A DNA stretch of 64,000 nucleotides. Origin: Neoechinorhynchus agilis (Eukaryota > Animalia > Acanthocephala). Shown here in pieces: positions 63,793 to 64,000 of the stretch. Location of the stretch: positions 5,000,784 through 5,064,783 of the forward strand of contig CM121341.1 of NCBI GenBank assembly GCA_051530055.1. Direction: 5' to 3'. The position numbers were made by a program, and so were the translations under genes. Position 1 is the stretch's first letter. Each line of letters starts with the position of its first letter. A model generated the notes under the pieces. The model did no database searches. It was given only the letters and a program-made list of their open reading frames with translations, and was not told the origin of the DNA.

Positions 63793-64000
63793 TAGCCCCC
63801 TCAAGAAGGTTCTTCCGTTTTTTGCGAGGTCTGCCTCGTTTGGGAGGTTGATCGAGAATGGCGGGTGATGTTGGATCGATATACGCTTGTTTGAGGCGGT
63901 CTATCGATACGTTTTCTGGTTTTCCACCGAGATCGATCATGAAAAACTTTTCGTTGCGATCAAGTACTTTGTAAGGTCCGGTATTCGCCGCCTGTGTAGG
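63788..64000 (-). mobile_element. Ty3/gypsy integrase C-terminus (GPY/F module), continuing beyond the window
   Basis: Hand translation, not in the ORF track: PTQAANTGPYKVLDRNEKFFMIDLGGKPENVSIDRLKQAY...PPKRGRPRKKRKNLLEGAM*. Confidence 0.88.

Overview
AT-rich eukaryotic DNA from a compact, fast-evolving ciliated animal genome. The taxon is inferred from gene content (RBMS/shep, PAXIP1, MLF, type-2 cystatin, LRRC6) and cannot be named from sequence alone. Genes have no introns or mostly tiny GT-AG introns (42-74 bp in the 11 short introns resolved by hand). Recognisable genes: a USP-family pseudo-deubiquitinase, cystatin, PAXIP1/PTIP-like BRCT protein, divergent G-protein beta, DBR1, RBMS/shep, a neuronal calcium sensor, MLF, LRRC6/DNAAF11 and NIPBL/Scc2, plus several orphan ORFs. 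About 20 kb (~30%) is made of 12 mutually unrelated, locus-specific tandem arrays (units ~60-327 bp) filling intergenic gaps and two NIPBL introns. Mobile-element debris includes CRE-clade non-LTR relics, a Ty3/gypsy 3' end with a 117-bp LTR, a probable CACTA-like transposase relic, a dispersed foldback-like element and several palindromes. Best leads: (1) a 30-nt core shared by two otherwise unrelated fold-back islands (8.5 kb and 23.0 kb); (2) splice-acceptor-like sequences directly before many start codons, suggesting SL trans-splicing; (3) an intronic array whose unit may include an NIPBL exon end and splice donor; (4) a USP lacking all catalytic residues. Coordinates, alignments and folds were done by eye, so repeat boundaries are approximate.
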